A stretch of DNA of 64,000 bases from Balanoglossus misakiensis (taxonomy: Eukaryota; Animalia; Hemichordata). Below are positions 49,801-64,000 of the stretch, piece after piece. The stretch covers positions 7,956,343 through 8,020,342 of the forward strand of contig CM082597.2 in the NCBI GenBank assembly GCA_040954595.2, in the 5' to 3' direction. The notes under the pieces were generated by a model. That model saw only the letters and a program-made list of their open reading frames with translations, was not told the DNA's origin and ran no database searches. The stretch's first letter is position 1. Every line of letters begins with the position of its first letter. Made by a program: the position numbers and the translations under genes.

Positions 49801-52800
49801 AAATTTGCTGGGATGCACACACATTCGCGTGAGACGATCTATTGCCTTTAAGAGAGTACTAGTATTCAGAACATTTCAGAAGTCAGTGACTTTCCACTTC
49901 CTCTAGATAATACCACCAGTTGTCATGTTCCATTTACAGGTCCTTTGGAATGTAGCTTTGAGAATCAGATTTACAAAACTGGTGAACAGTTTGTTCCATT
50001 GGCTGATCCTTGCAGCCTTTGCACATGTCTGGTAAGTTTCTGATCTAACACTTCGTCTTCTGGTGAACCTCTAATGTTTGTTGCGTGTAGTTTATTATTA
50101 TAACCGTGTTCCGAACTAGTGTAAAACACTTTATTTTTGCGAGTTGAAATTTTCGCGATATCGAGAGAGGCCACTGTTTCGCTAGTATTAATTTTCGCGT
50201 TCTCTTATTTCATTCACTGCATCATTATCTTCGAAAAAAATTTATGCGACTTTTTATTTTCACGCTATTTTGGTTCTCGCGTATTTCGCGAAAAATTTAT
50301 TGCTCACGAAAATAACATGTTTTACAGTAATTCCACATTTCAAAAATAATACTTTCTCTTTTTGGTTCAGTACCTGTAAACAAACACTTTGAATGGCACA
50401 TTTTCCCTATCAAAGTTTGATGCAACATTTTCACATAACTAGTATAACTTGTTGAATTATGTTGCTATTTTTCCTGTATATTCACTGTACAGATTATTGA
50501 AAACATTTCATCCTCTCTGTCAACCTGTTTTATGTCATACAATGTTTTCTGAATTTCTGTTAAGGATGGAGAGGTAACCTGTGAAAGACCCAATTGTGAA
50601 CAAATCAACTGTGATCTAGAAAACCAGATTTTACCACATGGCAGTTGCTGTCCAAAATGTACTGTGGAATCTTATTGTATGTACAAAGGCAGGAGATATC
50701 AGGTAACAATTTAATTTCTAAGATATGTGATAAATTTTCTGAAAAATTGGATTCTGGTGAGACTTCACAATGCAAGACGAGCTGTGCCATTGGTGTTAGC
50801 TCACCAGCAATTTATGCCAGTCTTTGCACCAAGTGGCATACACCTCTTTTTATTTGTTTGGTACACATTATCATGCAAGTAATCTGCAAAAAACCAAGTG
50901 GAAATACGAGAGAGGTAAAGAGAATGGTCATAAGTGTAGCACAGCAAATGTATAATGAAATGTAAATTAACACTAACGCTGCCAAGTCAGTTGAAAAGTG
51001 CCTAGAATCCTGGCTCCCAGGCCTGTTAGACTGCCAAGTGCGTGTTAATCAGTAGGGCCTATCCAAGACCGTCAGACCAATACAGTACAAACCAGTGCAA
51101 TTTGGTTCATTTTCTGGGAGGTTCAGACTGCCAAGTGTGTCTAGGTACGTATGAGAGCCATGTCAAGACAGTCAAAATACATTATAGAAGATAAAATGGC
51201 AAATACGTATTTTATTTAAGGGACTTGAGACTCTGAACAGGTATGACACCCAGTAGCATTAGGGTTAATTATGACAGAGCAATTATACACACACGATCTG
51301 CATACCGGGTTTCCAGCAAAATTTGAACTTTCACTTTTCAGTCTGGTGAAACTTGGCATGTAGGGTGCGACATCTGTGATTGCTTCAATGGTAAAGAGAG
51401 CTGCGTTCAAGAAGTCTGTCAACCTTTGACTTGCTCAGCGGTAAGTTTATCAGTCATGAATTCAATAGTGTATGGTCAGACTACAGTTTTGCTTTGTTTT
51501 ACTTTATGGGCCTGAGAGCAATAGTTTTAAAGGACAAGTAACTCTAACTTTGTGTTGTTTTCTGAATATTTTTGTTTTGGGTATCAACTGAGGTTTCTTG
51601 GTCAACTCCATAAAACATATTAAAGAATTCTCATCATTTGTTTTTTTTTCAAGAAAGCCCTTTTGTATTAGTTCTCATTATTTGGATTTTCAAGACAGCC
51701 CTTTTGTAGTAATCAAACCAAACAAACCAAACAACTTTCTCAATTGTTTAGCATCTGAAATAAATGTACTTCATTCAAGTGTCCATCAGAAATTGATCAA
51801 TTCACAATCACTGTTCTGAACAGAAATGATAAATTTGTTATATGTTAATTCTAAATAGCGGCACATTCGTTTATAAGGTTCAGTATTATGGAAGAGGGAT
51901 GTTCCATTCACTTACATTTTACCCATTTCAAATTTTTTCTATACAATTACAGTGAAATCTGTCATTAAGGACACCTCTGCAATAAGGACAGTCTTTCTGT
52001 TCCTGAAGGTGTCTTTAATAGACAGGTTTCTCTGTATTAAAAATTTGAAGACACTGTGCTATAGATGTTTTATTGTGTGTCTTCTCAGTGGATATTCAAT
52101 TTGTATTTACTGTGGTAATAATTCATTTGTTGTTTATATTTACAGGAAGAAGAGATCGGCCATATTGATGGTGAATGCTGCCAGAAATGTGTTCCAAGTG
52201 AGTATAATTATCAATATATTATGAGGTTATTAAAAACTGACAGCCAAGTTTACACGAAAACATAGTGGAGGCTGACGTGTGTCACTTATGTCTGGGTGCA
52301 TACTATACCATATTTAGACATAATGTGATCAAAATGTGTCATAAACCCAGGAAATGTTACCAAAGTCGATAAAACTAGATTTCAAAGGGGAGCAACAGTC
52401 TAAGGATTTGGACTTGTTTACAAAATTCAAGAGATATAAGAAATTGTTATGTGAAACAAAGCCAGTCAGATTGCCTTTGGAAGTCCTTCAAACCATCAAA
52501 TGTGAGCAATCAGAAATAGTAGCCAAAAAGAGACACAGAATGTGATTCTTGGACCTCAAAACTGTCCAGAATGTGTTACGTACATAATAAGCATTCTTTG
52601 AATATCATTTGTTTACAAATTTTTGGTAACATTTGTCTGTTGTTACAATGCTGCGATCATAGCAACATTCTTCGGTAGACACTCTCAAAGGAATACAGTC
52701 ACCTATGGAAAATCAGCAATAGTTACCATGGCAAATTGAGGACTAGCTACCAATCACAGATTTTCAGTGGGTGGCACACGCGTAAAAAAGAGTGCCACCA

Positions 52801-54536
52801 TGTGTTCTATAGAACGCTCAAATACGACATTTCAGCCATATATGGGCGTATGCCTTTAAGTCTTTCTGCATTCCGTCTTTTTACAGAATCTGCCTCGTGT
52901 ATTGTATTTGGAGATCCTCATTACCGGACACATGATGGGAAATTCTTCTCCATCCAAGGGACATGTACCTATGTCTTATCACAAGATTGTTATCAGAATA
53001 ACTTTAAGATTATAGTTCAGAATGATGGCAAGAGTACCTATGCTGTTGCCTGGACACAAGTCATTCAGATCAGACTAGTTGATTGGGTGATCAACCTAAT
53101 GCCAGATTTAACAGTAAGTGTCAATGGAGGCCTGGTAGAATTACCTTACTTGCTGGAACCAGATCTAAGAATACAAAAAATAGGTAAGTCAATCAAATTT
53201 TAGCTCGAACTTAACCCTTTTTATACCTAGATATGTCTGCATTGTTTAGCCAACTTAAAACATGTAACCACATTCAAAGGGCTGACATATACCAGGTTCA
53301 GACAGGGAAAAAATTTAGACACTATTTGCCTATGGTAAACACAGAGCATTAATCCTTTCAGTCGCTTGGGTCCACACACACAAAGTTTATGTATAGGCGC
53401 TGAGGCTCGGCCCCATAGACAGTGGGTTGCGGAGAGGTGTTAATTCTTACAGCAACTCTGCTCAGGGAACATATTTGAAGTATTTTAGTGTCGAAAAAAT
53501 ATGTGAAATTTGGCAGCTATAAGGGCTTTAATGGACATATAACCTGATTTATATCAACATACTTGTTTTACATCGTAACATGACAGGGTTGATGGTGGTT
53601 GTGCATACAAGTATTGGTATGCGTGTCGTAGGATGGCTCCCATTTTGGAGAGGTCACCGCAGATGGTACATACAAAGGGAGACTCTGTGGTATGTGGCAA
53701 CTTCAATGATAATCCTGGTGATGATTTCATGTAAGTCATTTGGTTGTACAATGTGAGAGTCTGTCTTCAATATACGCATCAGGGTTCGTACAGTGTTAAC
53801 TCCTGAAACATTAGTAATAGTATTATCAATTTTCAATCCAAACTCTGAAATTCCTTGGAAAGTCACTGCAGGAAACAGGACAATTCTGGAAAATCAAGAG
53901 ACTTCAAACATCTGTCTTACTGTCTCTCTTTTCCTCATGCCTATTTTTCTACTTTGAGCATTTTAGAGTAAAAACAGTGTATATGTATTAGTAATACTAC
54001 TGTAAAACACTTTATATTTGCGAGCAATAAATTTTTGCGAAATACACGAGAGCTAAAATAGCATGAAAATAAAAAGTTGCATATTTTTTTTTGAAGATAA
54101 CAATGCAGTGAATGAAATAAGAGAACGCAGAAATTAATACTCGCTAAACAGTGGCCTCTCTCAATATCGTGAAATGGCATATTTGAGATCATATGGTGGC
54201 GCTCTTTTTTTCGCGTGTGCCACCCACTGAAAATGTGTGATTGGCTAATTCTCAATTTACCATGGTAACTATTGCTAATTTTCCATAGGTGACCGTATAC
54301 CTTTAAACAGTTTCTCATTGTAAATGATCCGTTGTTATTTTTGTTTGGTTTTACACAGGGACCATTATTTCGGCCAGCCCATGGTGTAGTAAACCCAGCT
54401 CCGTTCTATGAATTGTGTTTGTCTGATATGTGTGCATGTCCTGTGCATGAAAAGTGTCTATGTGATGTATTGTTTGCCTATGCCTATGAAGCCAGGAGGA
54501 AGGGGATTGTGCTGGACTGGAGAAAATCGTCCTGTG
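34878..54536 (+). pseudogene. Kielin/BMPER-like gene, unit 2 (EGF to C8)
   Basis: Same exon series. A 204-bp deletion near 41583 removes one VWC exon's acceptor. The second VWD exon has frameshifts and TGG>TAG near 53630. Confidence 0.85.
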
Positions 54537-55630
54537 GTGAGTACAAATCAATATTACGATCACCTATTAGTCTAGTAAATCTACGAGATTTGGGCACCTA
54601 CATGTAACCCACCACAAATTGCAACAGAATTTTTTTTTTCAGAATATATTTCGGAGAGGTGTCTAAAGTTTAAAAATATTTCATGTGCATGAAGAACCAT
54701 TTTGGAATAATATTTGACATGGGCAGTTTTCATAATTTGCATAAATTCAATATGGTGAACAGTATTCCTAAAAAAACATATTTGGGCAGTATATCGGGTA
54801 ATACGCAAGCAATTCTAGTGGGTTTTTTTATTCAAAACTACCTCTATGATATTTGGAACAATTTTGAAAAAAATATTGGATTTATGCAAAATATAAAGTG
54901 TAAATGTAAACAAGATATTTTTAACATTGTTTCAAATGTCATAGAGGAAATTTTGAATTAAAAACACTAAAATAGCTTACTAAGTATCCAATATATAGCC
55001 CAAATATGTTTTTTAGGAATACTGTCTGCCATATTGAATTTATTCAAATTATGAAAACTGCCCATGTCAAATATTATTCCAAAATGTTTTGTCATTAACA
55101 TGAAATAGTTTTTAAACTTTAAAATCATGGAAAAAAGCGTTTATTTCTTGATATTTGGCCCCAAAATCTCTAATATTAAATTTATGCAAATTAGACATAT
55201 TTCCACAAGGTGGATTCGGGTGCATTTTTAATAAGTTGTTCTAGACACCTCTCCAAAGTATATTCTGAAGAAAAAAATTCTGTTGCAATTTGTGGTGGGT
55301 CTAGCCCTATATTTACTAGACTATATTTGCCAGATGTTTAAACCTTCTCACCCCTGTATCCCTGTATTGAGGTCCATCTTTGTCATAGGAAACAGTGGCT
55401 TTGGATCAAACCATGTGGTGAAAGGGTTAAAGGTGCACATTCATGGCGGAGAGCACATTGTTGTAATGAAGTTTGAAAACAATAATTCATCAACAATGCA
55501 AGGTACAGAAGTGGTGTGAAATATACCCTTAAGTGGTAAAAAGTGTGTAGGCAAAATCTCTGATTGGCCATGTCTCAACTTTCCATGGTAACTGTGGCTA
55601 AATTTGCATACATTGTATACTTCATAACTA

Positions 55631-55834
55631 CTGTAAAACACTTTATTTTCGCGAGCAATAAATTTACGCGAAATACGCGAGAGCCAAAATAGCGTGAAAA
55701 TAAAAAGTCGCGTAAATTGTTTTGAAGATAACAATGCAGTGAATGAAATGAAACACGAAAATTAATACTCGCGAAACAGTGGCCTCTCTCGATATCGTGA
55801 AAATTTCGACTCGCGAAAATAAAGTGTTTTACAG
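55631..55834 (+). mobile_element. MITE M1 copy at the unit 2/3 junction
   Basis: Same TIRs and same chimeric flanks as 34215-34418. Confidence 0.92.
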
Positions 55835-56092
55835 TATGACACAGATACACAGGTATTGTGTGAAACAGTGGGTAGGGCATCAAAACTCCCTATGATGCAA
55901 GTTGTAAATACTGTGAAAAAAATAGCTAAAAGTTAGAGGAACCGGGACTTTGAATGTTTTGGTCTTGTCATCAAAAAGGTGAAAACTTTCATAAGTTGTG
56001 TATGCATATTGCAACAACAAAGCTTTGACCATTGAAATGTCACTTGAAACATGTGATGGATCGCTGTTCAAAACTCTAATGCTAATGACAAT

Positions 56093-56236
56093 GTTAAGTC
56101 AACATTTTGCCCATGATGCATTTTGTTAACTGGTTATTTTACAGTAAATGGTGCTATAGAATAAGTTAAGTCAACATTTTGCCCATGATGCATTTTGTTA
56201 ACTGGTTATTTTACAGTAAATGGTGCTATAGAATAA
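56093..56236 (+). repeat. 72-bp tandem duplication specific to unit 3
   Basis: GTTAAGTCAACATTTTGCCC...GCTATAGAATAA twice. Confidence 0.9.
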
Positions 56237-56362
56237 TGATATTGTGTATCAAAATATCAAATATTCCGATTCTGTGATATTTGTATGTGGAGAATTAAGT
56301 ATTAGCTGATAAAGTATGATTTCATCAGACATCTTTTGAATGTGTTTTGATTGTTTTTACAG

Positions 56363-59300
56363 AGATTCCTTGCATCCCAGACTGCAAGAATGATGGAATA
56401 TGTTTCCAAGGATACTGCAACTGTCAGGAGGGCTTTAGTGGAGATGACTGCTCCAAATGTAAATATCACACTTTATGCAAAGTGAGAAAGTCAATGTAGC
56501 AGGAAATGTGTTCATAGAGTTAGAATATGCAAAGTACCTGAGGATTTATGCAAATTATCTTGGCACATGTAACTCTAAAAGGATGTAGAACAACTATACA
56601 AAAACTCTAAAAAGTGTATATTTTTAGATGTAGGGGAATCTGATCGTATACAGTGTACAATGGTCGCATGACATGCGAGCATTTATGAAGATCTTTGAAA
56701 AATTAGTTTCAAGGGGTAAGGCCTTTGGTTATCGATAGAAAAAAAATGACACCACCTGGATTGTATATCACCATGATCATTATGATCATCGCATTCTGTT
56801 GTTTATTTTACTTTGTTTATGTGTTTATTGTCCTTCTCTGGTGTGTGTTTATGTGAAAATGGTATCTGCAATGGTGGAGAATGTGAATGCTTTGCTGGTT
56901 ACACGGGTGATTTGTGTGATGAGGGTAAGTTTTGTTTTTGTTGTTGGCGACTTGTGATGTCAACTTCCCAGCAGATTTGATAAGTCCTTTGCAAAGTTTC
57001 TGTCCTTCTAGCAAATCAGCGAGGAACTTTTGATCAACGATTAATCATGGTTACCAGCTGATGTGTTATTTACATCAAACATCTTAGACTCTCTGCACAG
57101 TACAGCTGTGCCTGTTGTGTGCATAGTGCACCCTATTACTGTGTCATATGTTATTTTAAATGAAGTACAAGTAGCCGAGGTTGCACCAACAAACACAGTG
57201 ACCACGGGATTGTTATGAATGTTCATGATGTCAACATTTTGTATTTTTTGTTATCTTGAAGCATTGAATGAAATGATTGTATGGGCCTATGTAAATTGGA
57301 GGTGACTGTATACCTTTAAAACGACTGCATAGTCTACACAAACTTGTTACAAAGTCTTGTTTAATCAAAAGTCTTGAAAGAAACAGGGAAACGAAACTGC
57401 TTCAAAAGTATAATTTGTATCTTCTGGCTTCATGCAAGTAACTTTGATTTGTGTTGTATTTCAGACATCAATGAATGTGATATAGAAGGTTTACAGGTGT
57501 GTGAGCAAGAATGCATTAATTCAAGAGGTTCATTTATGTGTCGATGTCTGGATGGCTTCGTGTTGAGGACAGATGGAATAACATGTCAACCAATAGAAGG
57601 TATTGATGTCATTTGGCATTTATGTACATGTATGCTTAATATTGTATGGCTATGTTTAGACTCTGTTTGATTCAAATGAAATAAATGGTCCTTCATAATA
57701 AAAGGTTATTCATAAAGTACCAGGATCGATGTATGTCCGAGTACATCATACGGTGGAGGTATTGTCTGAGATACGCAACGTCGAGGGCAAATACTGAAGC
57801 ATATTGCTCAGTTGATACATTCATTTCTACAATGACAATGAAATAACCTTACAATAGGACTATACTCAAAGTCATCATAAAGATTACTGGACTATAATGA
57901 AAGTTTGAATTGGTTTGTTACAGGGTGTTATTTTCAACCACATGATTTTACATATTCATCTGGTGATACATGGATTCTTGATGAGTGTACTAATTGTACA
58001 TGTCAGGTAAGGAGCAATTGATGTTACTCATACACATTGTGTATACTGTAAAACACATTATTTTCACGAGCAATAAATTTTTGCGAAATATGCGAGAGCC
58101 AAAATAGCGTGAAAGTAAAAAGTCGCGTAAATTATTTTTGAAGATAACGATGCAGTGAATGAAATAAGAGAACACAAAAATTAATACTCTGAAAACAGTG
58201 GCCTTTCTCGATATCTCAAAGATTTCAACTCGCGAAAATAAAGTGTTTTACAGTATATCATATGCTCACATATTGTGTAGTTGATCTGAACTGACTTGAG
58301 ACCAAAGGTTATATAGGAGAAGAGTCTTAGCCTTGTATGAGCGCCTTTCTGCTGTGTTACCAAAGGTTCCACAATGCATCTCAGCTATAAAGGTTTTATT
58401 ATGTATCGTATTGAAAAATATAATGTGCTTTAAAATATTATTCATGAAGTTATACATATAAAACTGTGAAATTGTCTTTTATTGATTTCTGGATCAATTA
58501 TTTAGACACATTAGACCTGCATCCCATTATGCATTGTTATTCACAATGACTTCATTTGTTCTCCATAATTGTCATGTTGTATTTCAGAATAATGTTATCA
58601 CATGTACTCAGTTCCCTGTATTGCCATGCCAATATACAGAACAAATTGTGGGTGAATGCTGTCCACATTGTAAAGGTTAGTAATTGAAGCCATCAGATAC
58701 TTCTCCGTGATATACAGCCCTATTGATTTCGGAGGATTGGTCATATGAAGATAATGATGGTTGCAATTTTGGGCAACTTTCCACCTAAACGCTAACGCTA
58801 CCAAGTCGGTTGAATCTGGTTTGATTTCCAGGGTGCCTAGAATCTTGGCATCCAGACCTGTTAGACTGCCAAGTGTGTGTTACTCAGTAGGGCCTATACA
58901 AGACCCTCAGGCCAATACAGTGCAAACCAGTGCGATTTGGTACATTTTACAGGGGGCTCAGACTGCCAAGTGTGTTTAAGTATGTTAGAGAGCCATGCCA
59001 AGACAGTCAAAATACCTTTAAGAAGAAAAAGGGCACATATATATTTTAAGGGCCCTTGACACTCTAAATAGGTATGACGCCCAGTATTGTTAGGGTTTTA
59101 ATCAAAAGTATAAAGCTCTTGGTAATTATTTCCAAAGAATAATTGATTCCAAACGAGTCTTTTTGTGCTATAGGTTGTGTACTCAACAATATAGAATATC
59201 ACCACAATTCTACATGGACCAGTCCTGTTGATGAATGTGAAATCTGTACCTGTAGTGAAGGAATTGTAACTTGTGTCAAACAGATATGTAAACATGAATG

Positions 59301-62300
59301 CACACATCCATTGCCCAACCCTGGACATTGCTGTCATAGTTGTCAAGGTAACCAAACATGTAGTTAGATCTTTTGTGTCATCAAGTTTATTGATGAAGCA
59401 TTCATTTACATAAGGATGATCTGCATCTCAAATCTAGTCAGGATTGGGAGAATGAATTTGTAGTAAAGCAGAAACTCATGCTACCATGGAATGATATGTA
59501 TACTTAAATCCATTTCCAGGTCGGTAAAATTTGAAAAAAAATTACATTCAGCTATTAAAATAACAAAATTTTATCTTTCATATACCCAGCCTTGTTATTG
59601 TTGATGGTTAAATTTAATCCTGACCCTAAGAATTCAGCAATGTCCAAACACAGACAGTTTACAAACAAAATATTGTTTAATTAGGTAGCAAGAAATGTGC
59701 CAACATATATTTAATTGCAATTTTTAATGTAATTTTTTTATTCCAAGACCTCTACCCTGATAATGTTTTTCATTATTTCTTTTCAACAGAATGTTTATAC
59801 AATGGTTATATTTCAAATGACGGTGAAATATTTACTGATCCGAACAACACATGTTTACAATGTCAATGTTTGGTAAGTACCAGACAGACTGCATTGGTCA
59901 ATTTCTGATCATATGAGATACATTTATACTTAATATTGCATTCTGATTGGTCAATTTCTGATCACATGTCACTGTTCCTCTGGTCAGAAAGAGAATCCCC
60001 ATGAAGTGATCGAACTGTGTTGAATTCATTACCATTTGGTGACCAGTTCCACAAAGTTCACCATGGCTGCTACCCTGTTCGGCTGTGCTGTTTTTTTTGG
60101 CACAATGTCTAGTATGTCTTGATTTCATGTGGTACTAAATTCATCAATTACGGCTCTAGTCTCATATTTAGATTTTATTTTTGTATCAAAGGTCTACTAT
60201 CTGTAACGTTTGGCTTATTATTTTAGTTGACTGACAAGTTATGTTGAAGCATCTCCTTTCATATGATCTGTATTTTTCTCTGTTCCAGAAAGGCAGTGTG
60301 ATGTGTTTGGTTCACGACTGTCCTTTGGTGACGTGTGCAAATCCCATTCAGGGACCATGCTGTCCGGTCTGTAAAGGTGACTTAGAAATTTTCTCTTGAT
60401 TAGTCTTTCAGAACTTCCGGGGAAATATTGAGAACCATTTCTTCCTCATTCTCAGTATGTGGATCTTACCATACCATTTAAAGCCTCTAGAGCTGCCAAA
60501 TTTCACACATTTTTTTCCACAATAAAATACTTCAAACCTTTTCCCTATCCTTTAAAATTCTCACCATTAAGCCATGTGACTTGATTTGCATCAGTATGTC
60601 TTCTCTTGGTGACGCATACCACGATAGCTGCGTACTGTTTGTATGGATGTTCATGTATATGTTTTCGAATCGCTACATACAGCCACAATCGGGCATCGAT
60701 AAAGTGTTCAAACATGGCATTACAACTGTAAAACACTTAATTTATGAGAGTTGAAATTTTTGCAATATCAAGAGAGGCCACTGTTTTGCGAGTATTAATT
60801 TTCACGTTCTCTTATTTCATTCACTGCATCGTTATCTTAAAAAAAATATGCGACTTTTTATTTTCACACTATTTTGGCGAAAATTTATTGCTCGCGAAAA
60901 TAAAGTGTTTTACAGTATGTGATCAATGTACATTGGAGTTCAATTTGGTACTATACAGTATTTCTAACCATTATGTCTATCATTTGCTGATTATGTTGCA
61001 ATGTTATCTTTTTATTGTATATTCCCAGCAAGTTGTTTCTTTGATGGTAATGAATTTCAAAGTGGTGAGACGTTTAAACCAGCCAATCAGAACTGTACAA
61101 TTTGTTGGTGTTCAGTAAGTACATGTCTATTCACCCTCTCAACCCAGTTCCCCCTATAGAGGTCTGTCTGTCCTTCCATCCATGCACATGTACATCCACA
61201 ATGAGTTCAGCATCATCTGTGAAGTGATCATTGTGCAACTTGGCATTAGTATAGTACCTTATGAATAGACGCAAAACAAAGAATTTATTTACGTTGGCCT
61301 TATTGCATTCTTCAATGGCAGTTGTATAGTCATTATGATTTTTACTTCAGTCTGTAGTTCAATCTGATATTAATGTATTTCAGCCACATCAGTTGACTTC
61401 CAAAATTTAATTGTGTTGTTAGTTCATGCTTTGGAATGCTGAAACTTAAAGAGTAAATCAATTTTTCTGTCCTTCCGTCCATGCATGTGTCTGCAATGAT
61501 TTCAGCATCATCTGTGAAGTGATCATTGTGCAACTGAGCATAAGTATAGTACCTTATGGAAAGACGCAAAACAAAGAATTGTTTATGTTGTCCGTATTGC
61601 ATTAGTAGCAATATCAAAATTTTAATTATTTAATTACAGGATGGACAAATAGGATGTAAACCTGTACTGTGTCCAGAACTTCCCTGTGCAATCGAGTTTC
61701 AGACATTGCTGCCCGGTCAATGATGCCCGACGTGCAACCAACTTCCGGGATGTGTAGTTGCTTCCGGAATCATCTATCCATTTGGACAGACGTGGTTTAA
61801 GAGGAATGGTCCATGTCAGAGCTGTACTTGTCAGGTAAGAACACAGAATGCAGTAGCACAGATCTAACAAGATTTCTGATTGGTCAAATTCTTCACAGTT
61901 CAGTCATTTCTGTGTATTAAACAAAAGGTGCAACTGATTGCTTGATGCAAACCCTTGGAGCAGACTTCACTTTTTTGAGAATGTGTTGGATGTCGACTAT
62001 GTAGATCTGACCTCGTACATACCTCAAACAATTTAAGGTTTCTGGTCAGGAGCTTAGTCATATCTATGTCTGTTTTCTACTACAAAATACTGTAAAACAT
62101 GTTATTTTCGCGAGCAATAAATTTACGCGAACTATGCGAGAGCCAAAATAGCATGAAAATAAAAAGTCGCATAACATTTTTTTTAAGATAACGATGCAGT
62201 GAATGAAATAAGAGAATGTGAAAATTAATACTCGCGAAACAGTGGCCTCTCTCGATATCGTGAAAATTTCAACTCGCGAAAGTAAACTGTTTTACAGTAT

Positions 62301-63312
62301 GAACCTGATTGTTGTCGTTCCTCTTTCAGCCTGATTCCAAGATTACCTGTACAGAATTAGAGTGTCCAGTAACATGTGAGCATGGACTGTACACAGCTTC
62401 TGATTGCTGTCCAGACTGTAGTCTGTGTGAATACAATAATATCTTGTATGCTGATGGTGATCGCTTCAACCCTCTTGGTGATGTGTGTAGATCCTGCCTG
62501 TGTCTGGTAAGTTCTCATCACTGCACAAAGTCTCTCTCTAGCTGCCCCTTTCCATTAATGATGTTTGATACAAGACATTGTTTATGTTATTACATGTGGA
62601 TATATACATGTAGTGAATCAACTTTCGACCACACACAACTTCCGTCCCGTTTGTAGGATATGAGAGTAAAAACTCGCCCAAAATGGATAAATGGTAGAGA
62701 CCAATTATTTATTTCGGCGAGTTTTTCACTCTCGTGTCTACAAACGGGATAGAAATTGTGGGTGGTTGAACGTTGATTCACTATATATCCACATGTAGAA
62801 TAACATAAACGGTGTCTTGTATCAAACATAATTAATGGATAAAGGGCTGCGAGAGAGAGACTTTGTCCTTTTAATGAAGAATACATCTTGTGTTAGAGCA
62901 CTTTTGGCTTTGAGGGTTATAAGCACACGCAGTGTGTTCATGCCAAGACTTAATTTTTTTTTCGAGTTACCTACACTGTACACATAAGCTGTGGAAAAAT
63001 GCATACAAACTAAAAATCATACGTACAGAGACCTTACAGCCAAAACAAAAATGTTCCACTAATACACGTAGGAGAAACATTGTCTAGTCTACATGCATCA
63101 TGAACATTGGTGCACACATACATTCCTTTACTATTAAAAGTATCAATGGTCAGGGTCAGGGTCAATGGTCGTCCATAATTTCTATAATAATAACCCATTA
63201 AATAATTTGTATTTACAGGATGGTACTGTGACTTGTAATTTAACAGTGTGTGAAGCCACAACATGTTCTAATTTTGCAAGTGTACCAGGGCAGTGCTGTC
63301 CTAAATGTCTAG
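56363..63312 (+). pseudogene. Kielin/BMPER-like gene, unit 3 (EGF and VWC exons)
   Basis: Same exons. Acceptor AG>TG at 56839-56840, TGC>TGA at 61721-61723, five exons deleted. Confidence 0.85.
62090..62297 (+). mobile_element. Chimeric MITE M1 (left part from copy A, right part from copy B) marking the deletion
   Basis: Left flank and AAAACATGTTAT/GCATGAAAAT match 40600. ATAACATTTT and the right flank TATGAACCTGATT match 44560-44780. Confidence 0.9.
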
Positions 63313-64000
63313 GTAAGTGGACAGGTTAGATGAGTCATCACATGCTGTGCTTCCTCCTCTATGAGTCATCACTTGTTGTGATCTCACCTCACACGAGCGT
63401 TCGCCGCCATAAGCGCCTTGACAATCTAATCGATCGCCCATGACCTGCATGACCCCTATTGTCACGCAAAGCACAAAGGGAAAAACGTTAATTGCCACCA
63501 ACGGCAAATATGTCAACTATGTCAACAACAAAGAAGCCACCCCCTTATCCGTCCTGTACACTGTTATATATAATGCTTTGATCCAAAATCTGAACTAATC
63601 AATGCCCAGGATGATAAGGCCAAAGTTCAGGAATGCTTACACAGAAAATTTGAAGAAGATCGAGTGCGGAAGTGCAGAAAATCGTCATTTTCCCACTTTC
63701 TCATTAAATATTCAAATTTTAACAGACTTTATAACGCCGAAAACGATATTTTCCGTGAAGAATAAAATAACCCCTTCAATATCCATGTAAATTTCGCCAC
63801 GTTTACATCGCCGATGTCGATCTGTTTACATATTAACAGCGGTAACTCACTTCCCCGATGCAATCGTTCTGAATGTATGTTCCTACAAATTATAGTAATT
63901 AATCAACAGCTCGGACGATGTACCGAAAAAAACGCGAAATGACAATAATATTGCCCGATTCAGAGTTCTAATTTTGTAGTGCGATATTATTCTACACACT

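Larger units (their letters stand above)
34215..55630 (+). repeat. Tandem segmental unit 2 (~21.4 kb)
   Basis: Colinear with unit 1 minus the LINE and Ngaro insertions. Confidence 0.95.
55631..63391 (+). repeat. Tandem segmental unit 3 (partial, with a ~4-kb internal deletion)
   Basis: Colinear with unit 2 to about 62170, then jumps to the equivalent of about 44640. Homology stops near 63391. Confidence 0.92.

Overview
AT-rich eukaryotic (invertebrate animal-type) genomic DNA with GT-AG introns. (1) 1-4947: the 3' part of a Ty3/Gypsy LTR retrotransposon (pol, polypurine tract, 1.45-kb 3' LTR). (2) 5858-63312: a multi-exon + strand gene of the Kielin/KCP/BMPER (crossveinless-2) type, read by hand as 5 EGF, 1 calcium-binding EGF, 14 VWC, VWD (GDPH) and C8. 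Most of it is tandemly triplicated (units about 7391-34214, 34215-55630, 55631-63391), and every unit carries disabling lesions. Both unit junctions and a ~4-kb deletion in unit 3 fall inside copies of one ~205-bp TA-flanked MITE, and both rearrangements preserve exon phase. (3) Unit 1 alone carries a 5'-truncated L2/CR1-group LINE and a complete Ngaro-type tyrosine-recombinase retrotransposon (20956-25408, A1-gag-RT/RH-YR-B1-A2-B2); the empty sites are visible in the other units. The Ngaro element has a candidate expression scheme: an influenza PA-X-like +1 frameshift motif (CCC_UUU_CGU) at the gag/pol overlap, and an in-frame GT-AG intron that would join gag to the ATG-less recombinase N-terminus. 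Introns are dense with several MITE families. All coordinates and alignments were done by eye; no searches were run.
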